Shown in pieces: positions 10,032-18,650 of a stretch of DNA of 64,000 nt (its first letter is position 1; every line of letters begins with the position of its first letter). The notes beneath the pieces were generated by a model. It saw only the letters and a list, made by a program, of their open reading frames with translations, was not told the origin of the DNA and did not search any database. Origin of the DNA: Candidatus Bathyarchaeota archaeon. Lineage in GTDB: Archaea > Thermoproteota > Bathyarchaeia > Bathyarchaeales > Bathycorpusculaceae. Both the position numbers and the translations under genes were made by a program. The stretch spans positions 229,384 through 293,383 of the forward strand of contig CAVPBD010000004.1 in assembly GCA_963701765.1 (NCBI GenBank), given 5' to 3'.

Positions 10032-10589
10032 TTGCGATGTGAAGTCTGCGGACGTAAAATTCGCGAAAATCCCATGCGGGTCGTAATTGAAGGCGCCAAG
10101 CTTACCGTGTGTACTGAATGTTCAAAACATGGAAAGGTAAGTTGGGATGAACAACCAAAACCGAAACTGGATTCAGTAGGGCATATTATAACTGCCCCAG
10201 ATCATGTACCTATTCAAGGCCCAATCCAGATTAGGAAAAGAGTAATACAAGCAAGGGTGGATACCAGCAAAGAACTAGTTGAGGACTACGCAGAAGTCAT
10301 CCGACAGGCTAGGGAAAAACTTGGATTCAGCCACGAAGATCTGGGCAAAAAAATAAACGAAAAAGAATCCTTCCTTAGAAAAATCGAAACTGGAAAAACA
10401 GCCCCAAACGAGTTGCTTATATCAAAACTTGAACATTTAATGAAAATCAAACTGCTAGTTCCTGTCCCAGAGGAAAAAGCCATGCAGAATACTACTCGAG
10501 CACCAAGTCGAGAGTTAACATTAGGAGATTTAATGCCAGTTAACAAGAAAGGCAAGGGAGAGGAACCTGCACAACGAAAGCAGTCATAG
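10032..10589 (+). CDS. archaeal multiprotein bridging factor 1 (Zn-ribbon + XRE-type HTH)
   Basis: TTG start. N-terminal 'CEVCGRKI...CTECSKHG' Zn ribbon, a central HTH ('IRQAREKLGFSHEDLGKKINEKESFLRKIETGK') and the conserved aMBF1 tail 'LTLGDLMPV'. Confidence 0.8.
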   Translation: MRCEVCGRKIRENPMRVVIEGAKLTVCTECSKHGKVSWDEQPKPKLDSVGHIITAPDHVPIQGPIQIRKRVIQARVDTSKELVEDYAEVIRQAREKLGFSHEDLGKKINEKESFLRKIETGKTAPNELLISKLEHLMKIKLLVPVPEEKAMQNTTRAPSRELTLGDLMPVNKKGKGEEPAQRKQS

Positions 10590-10675
10590 TACAGCGTCGC
10601 TTAAATCGTGAAGAAACAAGCTTACCTGAACTAAAACGTCTAGCACAGGCCGCTGGCTACGCCGTTGTAGCAGAA

Positions 10676-11845
10676 ATGGAACAAACCAGAAAACCAGATG
10701 CACGATACCAAATAGGTAAGGGCAAAGTCGAGGAACTCGCTAAACTCGTTAAAGATGAAAGCGCTGAAAAAATAATTTTTGATAACCCTTTAAGACCAAT
10801 TCAAGCCTACAATATAGCAAAAGCAGCAGGCGTCGAAACCATCGACCGTTTCCAACTCATTCTGGAAATCTTCACCAAACGAGCCACAACAACAGAAGCC
10901 AATCTCCAAATTCAGCTAGCTACGCTAAAAAATGAACTTAAACACGCTAGAGAAAAAGTCAGACTTTCTAAGCATGGAGAACAACCCGGATTCATGGGCA
11001 TAGGCGTTTACGAAGCAGAAGTCTACGTAGATGCAATAAAAAGACAAATTCACACAATCAAGAAAAAACTCAAAGACATAAGAGGAAAACGTGTTTTACA
11101 CCGCAATCGAAGAACTGAACTTGGATTTTTCTCCATATCACTAGCAGGATACACGAACGCAGGAAAAAGCTCGTTGTTCAATGCTCTATCAGAAGCAAGC
11201 GTACGGGTAGATAATGCATTGTTTACAACACTTTCTACAACCACTAGACTCATTGAGTTTTCCAAAAGAAAATTCCTATTAACAGACACTGTAGGCTTTA
11301 TCGAACGATTACCTCTAACACTCATAGAAGCCTTCCACTCCACACTGGAAGAGACTATTTATTCTGACCTCATTATTTTGGTTTTAGACATAAACGAACC
11401 TCTTGATAAAATCGAAAAGAAAAACAAAACCTGTCAAGAAACCATAGAACGTATAGGCGCTTCAGGAGTACCTGTAATAACTGTGCTCAATAAAATAGAC
11501 CGCTTAACTGAAGCCGAAGCCCAAGAGAAATACGAAGCGCTAAAAGACAAAACCAAAAATCCTATCTTAATATCAGCCTTAAAGAAAACCAACCTCGATA
11601 TTTTGAGACAGGAAATTCTAAAGACACTCGAAGGGTACATCCAAGCCACTTTTACAGTTCCGCTGGTAAATGAAACAATGCCGTTTATATCATGGGTACA
11701 TGCAAAAACTGATTTGAAAAAAATAAATTACACTCAAAACACCGTAGAAGTTGTTTTTGAAGCAGATCCCGAAGTTGCAGAAAAAGTGAAGAATCGCGTG
11801 GAAGAACTCAATGGAAAATTTGAAGCAAAAATCCAGTCAAAGTAG
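10676..11845 (+). CDS. hflX: GTPase HflX (coordinates from the first canonical ATG; conserved coding appears to extend upstream to ~10574)
   Basis: G1 'GYTNAGKSSLFNAL', G3 'DTVGF', G4 'NKID' and the HflX N-domain 'YQIGKGKVEEL'. The same frame is open back to 10544 and encodes HflX-like 'KAVIVQRRLNREETSLPELKRLAQAAGYAVVAE' with no ATG/GTG/TTG. Confidence 0.85.
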   Translation: MEQTRKPDARYQIGKGKVEELAKLVKDESAEKIIFDNPLRPIQAYNIAKAAGVETIDRFQLILEIFTKRATTTEANLQIQLATLKNELKHAREKVRLSKHGEQPGFMGIGVYEAEVYVDAIKRQIHTIKKKLKDIRGKRVLHRNRRTELGFFSISLAGYTNAGKSSLFNALSEASVRVDNALFTTLSTTTRLIEFSKRKFLLTDTVGFIERLPLTLIEAFHSTLEETIYSDLIILVLDINEPLDKIEKKNKTCQETIERIGASGVPVITVLNKIDRLTEAEAQEKYEALKDKTKNPILISALKKTNLDILRQEILKTLEGYIQATFTVPLVNETMPFISWVHAKTDLKKINYTQNTVEVVFEADPEVAEKVKNRVEELNGKFEAKIQSK

Positions 11846-12398
11846 AAAAGAAACCGCTAAACTAAAACGAATCGTCATCTTAAGGTGGGGGCACCGACCA
11901 CAACGAGATGCAAGACTTACAACCCATGTTGCTTTAACAGCTCGCGCCTTAGGCGCGTCAGGCTTTATACTATCAGACATCGTTGATGAAAGCATCAAAC
12001 AGACGCTACAGAAAATTAATGATAGTTTTGGGAGTAATTTCTCTTTTGAAATGGGAACTTCATGGAGAACTGTTGTGAGGGATTGGAAAAACAGTGGCGG
12101 CATAATTGTTCATCTAACTGCATATGGAGAAAACATCCAAACCAGTAAAGTATTAGACAGATTGAGAGACATTAAAAAAGACATTTTAATAATTGTCGGT
12201 AGCCAAAAAGTGCCCGGGGATTTCTACTCTGAAGAAGTCTCAGATTTTAACGTAGCAGTTGGCAACCAACCCCATTCAGAATGCGCAGCCCTCGCAATTT
12301 TCTTAGATCGCTTCTATAAAGGAGAAACATTAGGAAGAACTTTTGATGATGCAAAGAAGAAAATAATTCCTCAAGAAAGAGGAAAGAAAGTGGAGTAG
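11811..12398 (+). CDS. trm56: tRNA (cytidine56-2'-O)-methyltransferase aTrm56 (SPOUT)
   Basis: 'LRWGHRPQRDARLTTHVALTARALGA', 'NVAVGNQPHSECAALAIFLDR' and 'IIPQERGKKVE' match my recollection of Pyrococcus aTrm56 almost block for block. The ATG at 11811 overlaps the hflX end. Confidence 0.85.
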   Translation: MENLKQKSSQSRKETAKLKRIVILRWGHRPQRDARLTTHVALTARALGASGFILSDIVDESIKQTLQKINDSFGSNFSFEMGTSWRTVVRDWKNSGGIIVHLTAYGENIQTSKVLDRLRDIKKDILIIVGSQKVPGDFYSEEVSDFNVAVGNQPHSECAALAIFLDRFYKGETLGRTFDDAKKKIIPQERGKKVE

Positions 12399-12475
12399 TA
12401 TGGGAATTTTATTTTTTATTTTAAGAAGAGTTTTATGGAAGGATAGCACAGTATTTAGTGCTAAGGAACTAGATT

Positions 12476-12988
12476 ATGTTATCGACAATTGATGATGCAA
12501 CTTTGATGAAAGTCGCTTCTTCATTGGGGGAAGAAGAAGCAGTCAAACTTATTGAATATTTGAAGGGCTCTGATGAAATAACTGATGATGAAATAGCTAA
12601 CAAAACTGGTATACGACTAAATTCTGTCCGTAAAATTCTCTACAAGCTATATGATCACTCCTTAGTGAGTTTAAGGAGAACCCGAGACCCCAAAACTGGA
12701 TGGTTTATTTTTCATTGGAAACTTCAACCAGACCAGTTGGAGGGATTCATTTTAAGTCAAAAACGTAGAGTCCTTGAAAAACTCAATGTCCGATTAGAAT
12801 ACGAAACAAATCATGACTTTTACTTCTGCGACACCCCAGGATGCAGAAGAGTCACTTTTGAAGAAGCGGTAGAAGCGGTTTTTCATTGTGCTGCTTGCGG
12901 TAAACCCCTGGCACATTTTGAAAATAGAATAATGACCGAACAATTAGCCTTAAAAGTTGGGCAGTTAAGGAAGGAACTGGGTGAGTAA
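12476..12988 (+). CDS. tfe: transcription factor E (TFE alpha, winged helix + Zn ribbon)
   Basis: 170 aa with an N-terminal wH ('ITDDEIANKTGIRLNSVRKILYKLYDHSLV') and a Zn ribbon 'CDTPGC...CAACG'. Confidence 0.8.
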   Translation: MLSTIDDATLMKVASSLGEEEAVKLIEYLKGSDEITDDEIANKTGIRLNSVRKILYKLYDHSLVSLRRTRDPKTGWFIFHWKLQPDQLEGFILSQKRRVLEKLNVRLEYETNHDFYFCDTPGCRRVTFEEAVEAVFHCAACGKPLAHFENRIMTEQLALKVGQLRKELGE

Positions 12989-13511
12989 AAAGCTTCCTTC
13001 ACGGGAGCAAGCACTTCAACTTCTTCATGAGACTCATTGCTCGTCAAAAGTCATTGCACATTGTAAGGGCGTCTCCGAACTCGCCAAGGAAACCGCGAAA
13101 ACCTGCCAAAAAAAGGGAATTAAAGTTGATTTAGCCCTTGTTGAAATTGGAGCTATCCTTCATGACATCGGTCGTTCAAAAACACATTCGGTTGATCACG
13201 CAGTTGTTGGAGCACAAATAGCAGAAACTAAAGGATTACCTGAGTCGGTGGTTGCTATTATTAAGAGACATGTCGGTGGTGGCATAACTGATGCTGAAGC
13301 AGAAAAGTTAGGTTGGCCAAAAGATAACTATATTCCTCAAACAATTGAAGAGAAAATTGTCTCTTACGCGGATAAATTGGTTGAGACTTCTGAACGCGTG
13401 CCTATAGAGCCCACAATTGTTAAACTTCGCAAAGAAAAAATGGAAAAAGCCGCTGAAAGAGTTATGAAGTTGCATAATGAAATATCAGAACTTGTTGGCG
13501 ATAAACCGTGA
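12981..13511 (+). CDS. HD-domain phosphohydrolase (HDIG-like)
   Basis: GTG start overlaps the tfe stop by 8 nt. 'HCKGV...ILHDIGR...H' carries the HD motif. Confidence 0.75.
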   Translation: MSKKLPSREQALQLLHETHCSSKVIAHCKGVSELAKETAKTCQKKGIKVDLALVEIGAILHDIGRSKTHSVDHAVVGAQIAETKGLPESVVAIIKRHVGGGITDAEAEKLGWPKDNYIPQTIEEKIVSYADKLVETSERVPIEPTIVKLRKEKMEKAAERVMKLHNEISELVGDKP

Positions 13512-14311
13512 CCACACTCACACTACTTATAAGAATTTATAATACGCATCAGCTAAAGCAAATCGATAATATTTTAGGCGGTTTGTTTGAAGGTTTAGCC
13601 GTTGGAGTAACAGTGCCAGGCACAGTTGCCGGAAGATGGGTTCAAATAGAGATTTCAGGTGAGGACGAGGAAATTGCTACTAGTCTTTTATCCCGAGAAG
13701 TAGGATTCTGCCCTACAAGCATAGAGGGAATAAAAAAATTCTCTTCGTTAAAGGGGTTTGTTATTAATTCTGAAAAAAGTGTCGAAAAGTTGCTTTTAGA
13801 TATTGGAGTTTTCCAGCCGAAACTAGTTCAGGCGTCATTATCATTAAATCGATTGCAGAATCAGCTTGTATATGGGAAAAAGCTGTCTCTGAAAAAAATT
13901 TGTGAACTCTGGGGAATAAGCGAGAACCTACCTCTAAATATTAAAGTCATCAATGTCGATACTGAAGAGGAACAAATAGAAGTGGAACTACAACCAACCC
14001 AAATCAATCGCTTAATCCATTGGCGGGACTCACTGCTAGATAGGTTGCTAGTTACAGGCGCATCTCTTTATGAGATAAATATGGTCATTGAGCAGGAGCA
14101 ACTAAGTAGAGACATTATAGAAATCGAATCATTGGGAATGTTTGAACATGCGTTAGTTTGTAAATTAGGTACTGATGGCGCAGGTTTAATCGCAAGAATT
14201 GGCAGAAGACTTCGAAAAGCCAAATTTACCGTGTTTAATCCAAAACAAGTTTTGGCACTAACTGATACAGTTCAGAAGCCAGATTCAGCCCCTTCAACCA
14301 AACTGGATTGA
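13508..14311 (+). CDS. conserved archaeal hypothetical protein (possibly DUF2110-like)
   Basis: 267-aa ORF with a GTGA start/stop overlap with the HD gene. No motif was recognised with certainty. Confidence 0.45.
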   Translation: MTTLTLLIRIYNTHQLKQIDNILGGLFEGLAVGVTVPGTVAGRWVQIEISGEDEEIATSLLSREVGFCPTSIEGIKKFSSLKGFVINSEKSVEKLLLDIGVFQPKLVQASLSLNRLQNQLVYGKKLSLKKICELWGISENLPLNIKVINVDTEEEQIEVELQPTQINRLIHWRDSLLDRLLVTGASLYEINMVIEQEQLSRDIIEIESLGMFEHALVCKLGTDGAGLIARIGRRLRKAKFTVFNPKQVLALTDTVQKPDSAPSTKLD

Positions 14312-14468
14312 AATGAATTCCACTAAAAAATCTATTTTTTGATTCCTTTTTGTTTTGTAGCTCTTTCTATGATTAAGCAATTACATAAGAAACTCTAAGG
14401 GAGAAGGTAGGTTAAGAAAAAATTATAAGTACCTTTTTCAGAGAAGAGTCTTTACCCTCAATGAAGGA

Positions 14469-15149
14469 ATGATAATTCAAATGAATGAAACTAATTCTCT
14501 TAAAAAGTATGTTGCCGAGTTAATCGGCACTTTTGTACTTGTGTTAATAGGCTGTGGAAGCGCGGTACTTGCAGGAACCTACATTGGAAACGTTGGAATA
14601 TCGTTTGCATTTGGTCTAGCAGTTCTTGCCATGGTTTATGCAATAGGCGGTGTGTCAGGATGCCACATAAACCCCGCTATCACAATCTCGATGCTGGCTG
14701 CACATAAGATAGGCTTGAAAGATGCGGGTGCATACATCATTTTCCAATGTTTAGGGGCAACTATTGGAGCAGCGACAATCTATACTATAGCCATGGGAAA
14801 CCCCACATATAGTTTAGCCATAAACGGATTAGGTCAAAACCAAATCACAACTTTCTCGCTAATTTCAGGTTTCATAGCTGAAGTTGCCTTGACATTTATA
14901 TTTCTACTAGTGATTTTTGGATCAACAAGTGAAAAAGCACCCAAGGGATTTGCAGGAATACCCATTGGACTAAGCCTAGTTTTCATACATCTTGTAGGAA
15001 TACCTATAACCGGTACTTCAGTCAACCCCGCAAGAAGTCTAGGACCGGCTCTTATAACCGGAGGATTAGCATTAGATCAGCTCTGGATATTCTGGGTAGC
15101 ACCCATAATTGGTGGACTTCTCAGCAGCAGCTGTATGGAAAATACTTGA
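14469..15149 (+). CDS. MIP-family aquaporin (C-terminal end possibly frame-shifted)
   Basis: Two NPA boxes, 'HINPAIT' and 'SVNPARS', and six hydrophobic segments. The start could be 14481. See the finding on the last ~10 codons. Confidence 0.85.
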   Translation: MIIQMNETNSLKKYVAELIGTFVLVLIGCGSAVLAGTYIGNVGISFAFGLAVLAMVYAIGGVSGCHINPAITISMLAAHKIGLKDAGAYIIFQCLGATIGAATIYTIAMGNPTYSLAINGLGQNQITTFSLISGFIAEVALTFIFLLVIFGSTSEKAPKGFAGIPIGLSLVFIHLVGIPITGTSVNPARSLGPALITGGLALDQLWIFWVAPIIGGLLSSSCMENT

Positions 15150-15335
15150 ATAGCCACATAACTTCAAGAAAAGACCACCCACCTTTCTTTTTTTGATTCG
15201 TAAAAATGAAATCGGGAAAAATCTTCTCAGTAACTTCAAGCGTCTAGAGACTAAAATAAATGAGGCAAGAATTTTATGCGATGAAAAAAAATAATAGGGC
15301 AGTTTTACACACTAGTACGTTGAGGAGAAAATACG

Positions 15336-15542
15336 ATGGTAGTAAAAATTATTGAGCTAATAGGTAGCTCACCAAAAAGCTGGGAAGATGCTGCTAAGAA
15401 TGCACTTGCAGAAGCAGCAAAGACGATTAAAAACATCAAATCCATTTATGTAAAGCGCATCAACGCGAAGGTAGAAAAAAACAAAATCGTTGAATATCGA
15501 GCAGTAGTAAAAATCGCTTTTGTCGTAGAAAGACCAGAATAA
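15336..15542 (+). CDS. dodecin-family flavin-binding protein
   Basis: 68 aa. 'KIIELIGSSPKSWEDAAKNALAEAAKTIKNIKSIYV...' is typical of dodecin. A GAGGAG SD lies upstream. Confidence 0.8.
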   Translation: MVVKIIELIGSSPKSWEDAAKNALAEAAKTIKNIKSIYVKRINAKVEKNKIVEYRAVVKIAFVVERPE

Positions 15543-15549
15543 ATAATGA

Positions 15550-15580
15550 GAGGCAAACAGTCTTAGCCTCCTTCTTTTTT
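15550..15580 (+). terminator. hairpin plus T-tract after the dodecin gene
   Basis: 'gaggc' (15550-15554) pairs with 'gcctc' (15566-15570) and is followed by 'cttctttttt'. Confidence 0.4.
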
Positions 15581-15665
15581 GTATCTAAAAATTGCAACAT
15601 CCAAATCGTTGCCATGAATATCAAATAGCAATGTAAACTTTTTGTCAAAAAATTTTATTGATAGG

Positions 15666-15740
15666 TGGGCCGAGCCGGACTCGGACCGGCGACCTTTGGC
15701 TCGTAAAGCCAACGTCCTAACCAGGCTAGACGACCGGCCC
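15666..15740 (-). tRNA. tRNA-Val (anticodon UAC), no intron, CCA not encoded
   Basis: The reverse complement reads GGGCCGG-TC-GTCT..AGGAC-G-TTGGC-TTTACGA-GCCAA-AGGTC-GCCGG-TCCGAGT-CCGGC-TCGGCCC-A. This is a cloverleaf with a 7-bp acceptor stem (one G-U) and the anticodon loop 'TT TAC GA'. Confidence 0.9.
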
Positions 15741-15828
15741 ACAGGTTGAGTCTGTTCTATGGATTCGTTCTTTTTAAGTTTGATTGAGAATAAATATAAA
15801 TCGGTTACGTCTCATAATGAAACTAATT

Positions 15829-15841
15829 CCTAAATCAAAAA
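15829..15841 (+). repeat. copy 1 of the exact 13-mer 'cctaaatcaaaaa'
   Basis: Exact match to 29709-29721 and 43626-43638. It lies 28-40 nt upstream of the ATG at 15869, so it may double as a TATA-like promoter element there. Confidence 0.9.
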
Positions 15842-15868
15842 GTGACTTTGGGTTTGAGGCTGATTGAT

Positions 15869-16942
15869 ATGAAAAGAATATTATGTACTGGTGCTGGGGG
15901 TCCAGCTGGAATCAATTTTACTATGTCATTGCGTGTTTCTCCGGAAAAAATGTTTTTGGCAGGAACCGATTCTAACCCGCATTACCTCCACTTGACCATT
16001 ACAGATGAGAAGTATTTGGTGCCAAGAGCCAAAGATTCAGATTATATAGACAGACTAAACGAGATAATTGCTAAAGAAAAAATTGAGTTTTTACATGCAC
16101 AACCAGATATTGAGGTTGAAGTTGTTTCAGAGAAACGTGAAAAACTAAACGCGCCAGTATTTTTGCCCTCAAAAGCTGCAGTAAAAGCTTGCCAAGACAA
16201 ATTAGAATCGGCAAAAGTCTGGAAGAAGAAGAATGTGCCGGTTGCCCGAACTATCGAGGTACGTAAAGATGAAGACATAGATAGAGCATTTGCAGAGTTT
16301 GGAAGTCCTATCTGGATAAGGGCAAGAACAGGAGCAGGAGGTAAAGGAAGCACTCCAGCAGATAACCGAGAAACAGCAGTCGCTTGGATAAAATACTGGA
16401 GAGGTAGAAAAGTTGATTGGGAATTCATCGCTCAGGAACACTTACCAGGACGAAACATCGCATGGCACAGCATATGGAAAGAAGGCGAACTGGTAACGTC
16501 CATGGCTCGAGAAAGGGTAGAATATATCTACTCGTATCTTGCACCTTCAGGCATTACTGGAACACCAGCAATCCAAAAAACAGTACATGAGGAAGCAGTG
16601 AATAAAACTGGCACAGATGCCGTCCTCTCAATTGACCCCAAATTCAGCGGTATTGCTTCCGTAGACCTAAAGGGTAACGCAGCAGGTATTCCTTGCGTAA
16701 CCGAAATTAACCCAGGTAGAATGTTCACAACATCATATTTCTTCTCATACGCTAGCAAAATCATACGCAAAGACTACTTTGCTAACGTCCCATACCTAGC
16801 CGTAAAGCTTGGATTTAAAGAAACCATTCCAGCAATACCCAAATACAACTGTTTGCCTGCAGACGTTTACTGGATAAGACACATGGATGCACCTGCACAC
16901 TTGGTGAAAAACGGCAAGATTCTCGGAGCAATGTATAGGTGA
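15869..16942 (+). CDS. ATP-grasp ligase (carbamoyl-phosphate-synthase-like ATP-binding domain)
   Basis: 'MKRILCTGAGGPAGI' is followed by an ATP-grasp-like core ('WIRARTGAGGKGS', 'FIAQEHLPGRN', 'EINPGRMF'). The longer ORF begins with GTG at 15842. Confidence 0.7.
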   Translation: MKRILCTGAGGPAGINFTMSLRVSPEKMFLAGTDSNPHYLHLTITDEKYLVPRAKDSDYIDRLNEIIAKEKIEFLHAQPDIEVEVVSEKREKLNAPVFLPSKAAVKACQDKLESAKVWKKKNVPVARTIEVRKDEDIDRAFAEFGSPIWIRARTGAGGKGSTPADNRETAVAWIKYWRGRKVDWEFIAQEHLPGRNIAWHSIWKEGELVTSMARERVEYIYSYLAPSGITGTPAIQKTVHEEAVNKTGTDAVLSIDPKFSGIASVDLKGNAAGIPCVTEINPGRMFTTSYFFSYASKIIRKDYFANVPYLAVKLGFKETIPAIPKYNCLPADVYWIRHMDAPAHLVKNGKILGAMYR

Positions 16943-17436
16943 TTACTGCAGCCTTCATCTATGATCTCGATGGCACATTGATTGATTTACCTATCAACTA
17001 CTCAGCAATGTTTGCAGATTTCAAACAGATAATGGGCGTGCAAGAGGTTCGCCCAATCCTAAAAACCGTCGCGGAAATCAAAGACCCCATAATACGTAAA
17101 CGCGTTTTTGATGCTTGGGAAAGATACGAGATGGCAGTTGTGCAGAGAACCATCTTCCATGAGGAAGGCATAAGAATTTACAACGCACACATCGACAGAC
17201 CCAAAGCGCTCGTTACTTTGCAAAGCAAGAAAACCGCCAAAAATATCATAGACAAATTCAAGTTCGACTTCAAAGCCATCATAACACGAGAAGACTCCTT
17301 CAGCCGTGCAGAACAACTTAAAATGGCAGCAATAAAACTTGATGTCCCGCTGAAGAACATCCTTTTCGTCGGTAACATGGATAACGATGCTGAAGCTGCC
17401 AAAGCCGTAGGCTGCCAATTCAAACTTGTAAAATAA
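16939..17436 (+). CDS. HAD-superfamily hydrolase/phosphatase
   Basis: HAD motif I 'IYDLDGTLID' and motif IV 'VGNMDNDAEAA'. GTGA overlap with the upstream gene. Confidence 0.7.
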   Translation: MITAAFIYDLDGTLIDLPINYSAMFADFKQIMGVQEVRPILKTVAEIKDPIIRKRVFDAWERYEMAVVQRTIFHEEGIRIYNAHIDRPKALVTLQSKKTAKNIIDKFKFDFKAIITREDSFSRAEQLKMAAIKLDVPLKNILFVGNMDNDAEAAKAVGCQFKLVK

Positions 17437-17629
17437 ACCTCTTTATTCATACATAGACCAAGTTGACGCTAAACAGAGCATGCTTCTCTTATCAGACTTT
17501 TGGCGCTTGCAATAGAATGGTTTTTGGGTTTCAATGTAGGTACCACATTCTTAGGCAAACCCTTAAGAACAAAGCTGAGCTAAAGTTGGGCAAAACATAT
17601 TAATGCAGTTTGAAGCTGAGCTGATTACG

Positions 17630-18442
17630 ATGAAAGTCTGTGTAGTAGGTCTTGGACAAATCGGTTTTCCAGTCGCACAATACGTCAGCGAAAAAGGTCT
17701 ACAAGTTTACGGCATAGACATAAATCCCACTACCGTCGAAAACGCTAACAAAACAGGCAAAATTAAAGCCTTCACCAACTGGAAAGACGTCCCCCAATCT
17801 GACATCTACATCATCTCAGTTACCACCGGACAAAAAAACGACGCCCCTGACCTAACCGCAGTTTTCGAAGTTAGCAAAAACATAGCCAATATGTCCAAAC
17901 CAGGTGTGCTTGTATCCATAGAAAGCACTATACTGCCAGGCACCTCAAAAAAAATCCTCAGCGAAATTTTTAAAAGCAAAGTTCACTTAGTCCACGCCCC
18001 ACACAGATATTGGGCTGACCAATCTGAAAAGTACGGAGTCAACCAACTCCGCATCATAGGTGCAACCGATCCCGAAAGCCTCAAAATTGGCCTCAAATTC
18101 TACAAAGAAACCCTTGGCATACCAATGCACACAGTCTCTTCAGTGGAAGTTGCAGAGATGTGCAAAATCGCCGAAAACTCTCACCGCTACCTGCAAATCG
18201 CCTTCGCTGAAGACCTCAAAATGCTCTGCGCAAAAATCGGCATGGACTTCGACGAACTCCGCAATGCGATGAACACCAAATGGAACGTTGACCTACCCGA
18301 AGCCCGAGATGGCATAGGACGACATTGCCTTCCAAAAGATATTAAATATGTTACATCTCTAGCCCCAAACAGCAGCATATTACTCGAAAGCGCCATGAAC
18401 GTAGATAAAAAATACCGCGAATGGCTAACAAAGAAACACTAA
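17630..18442 (+). CDS. UDP-glucose/GDP-mannose dehydrogenase-family protein, short form lacking the C-terminal NDP-sugar-binding domain
   Basis: 'MKVCVVGLGQIGFPVAQY' Rossmann motif and a catalytic-Cys region 'GIGRHCLPKDIKY'. The ORF ends ~30 aa later, and the longer ORF begins at 17603. Confidence 0.7.
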   Translation: MKVCVVGLGQIGFPVAQYVSEKGLQVYGIDINPTTVENANKTGKIKAFTNWKDVPQSDIYIISVTTGQKNDAPDLTAVFEVSKNIANMSKPGVLVSIESTILPGTSKKILSEIFKSKVHLVHAPHRYWADQSEKYGVNQLRIIGATDPESLKIGLKFYKETLGIPMHTVSSVEVAEMCKIAENSHRYLQIAFAEDLKMLCAKIGMDFDELRNAMNTKWNVDLPEARDGIGRHCLPKDIKYVTSLAPNSSILLESAMNVDKKYREWLTKKH

Positions 18443-18650
18443 ATACAATCCGTAATGGTCACTCTTAAGCTCAAATGGCATAGAATTTCATTTCCTAACT
18501 ATACATTAAGAAAATAAATTCTTTTTTCAATTCGAGGATAGAATTTAGAATAAAACTTATAATAATTGACTATCATTTCCTATGAGAAGAGAAAAGCTTC
18601 GTGATTTACCTATCACTGAAGCCAAAGGTTCAGAACTGGTTGAAGAAAGC

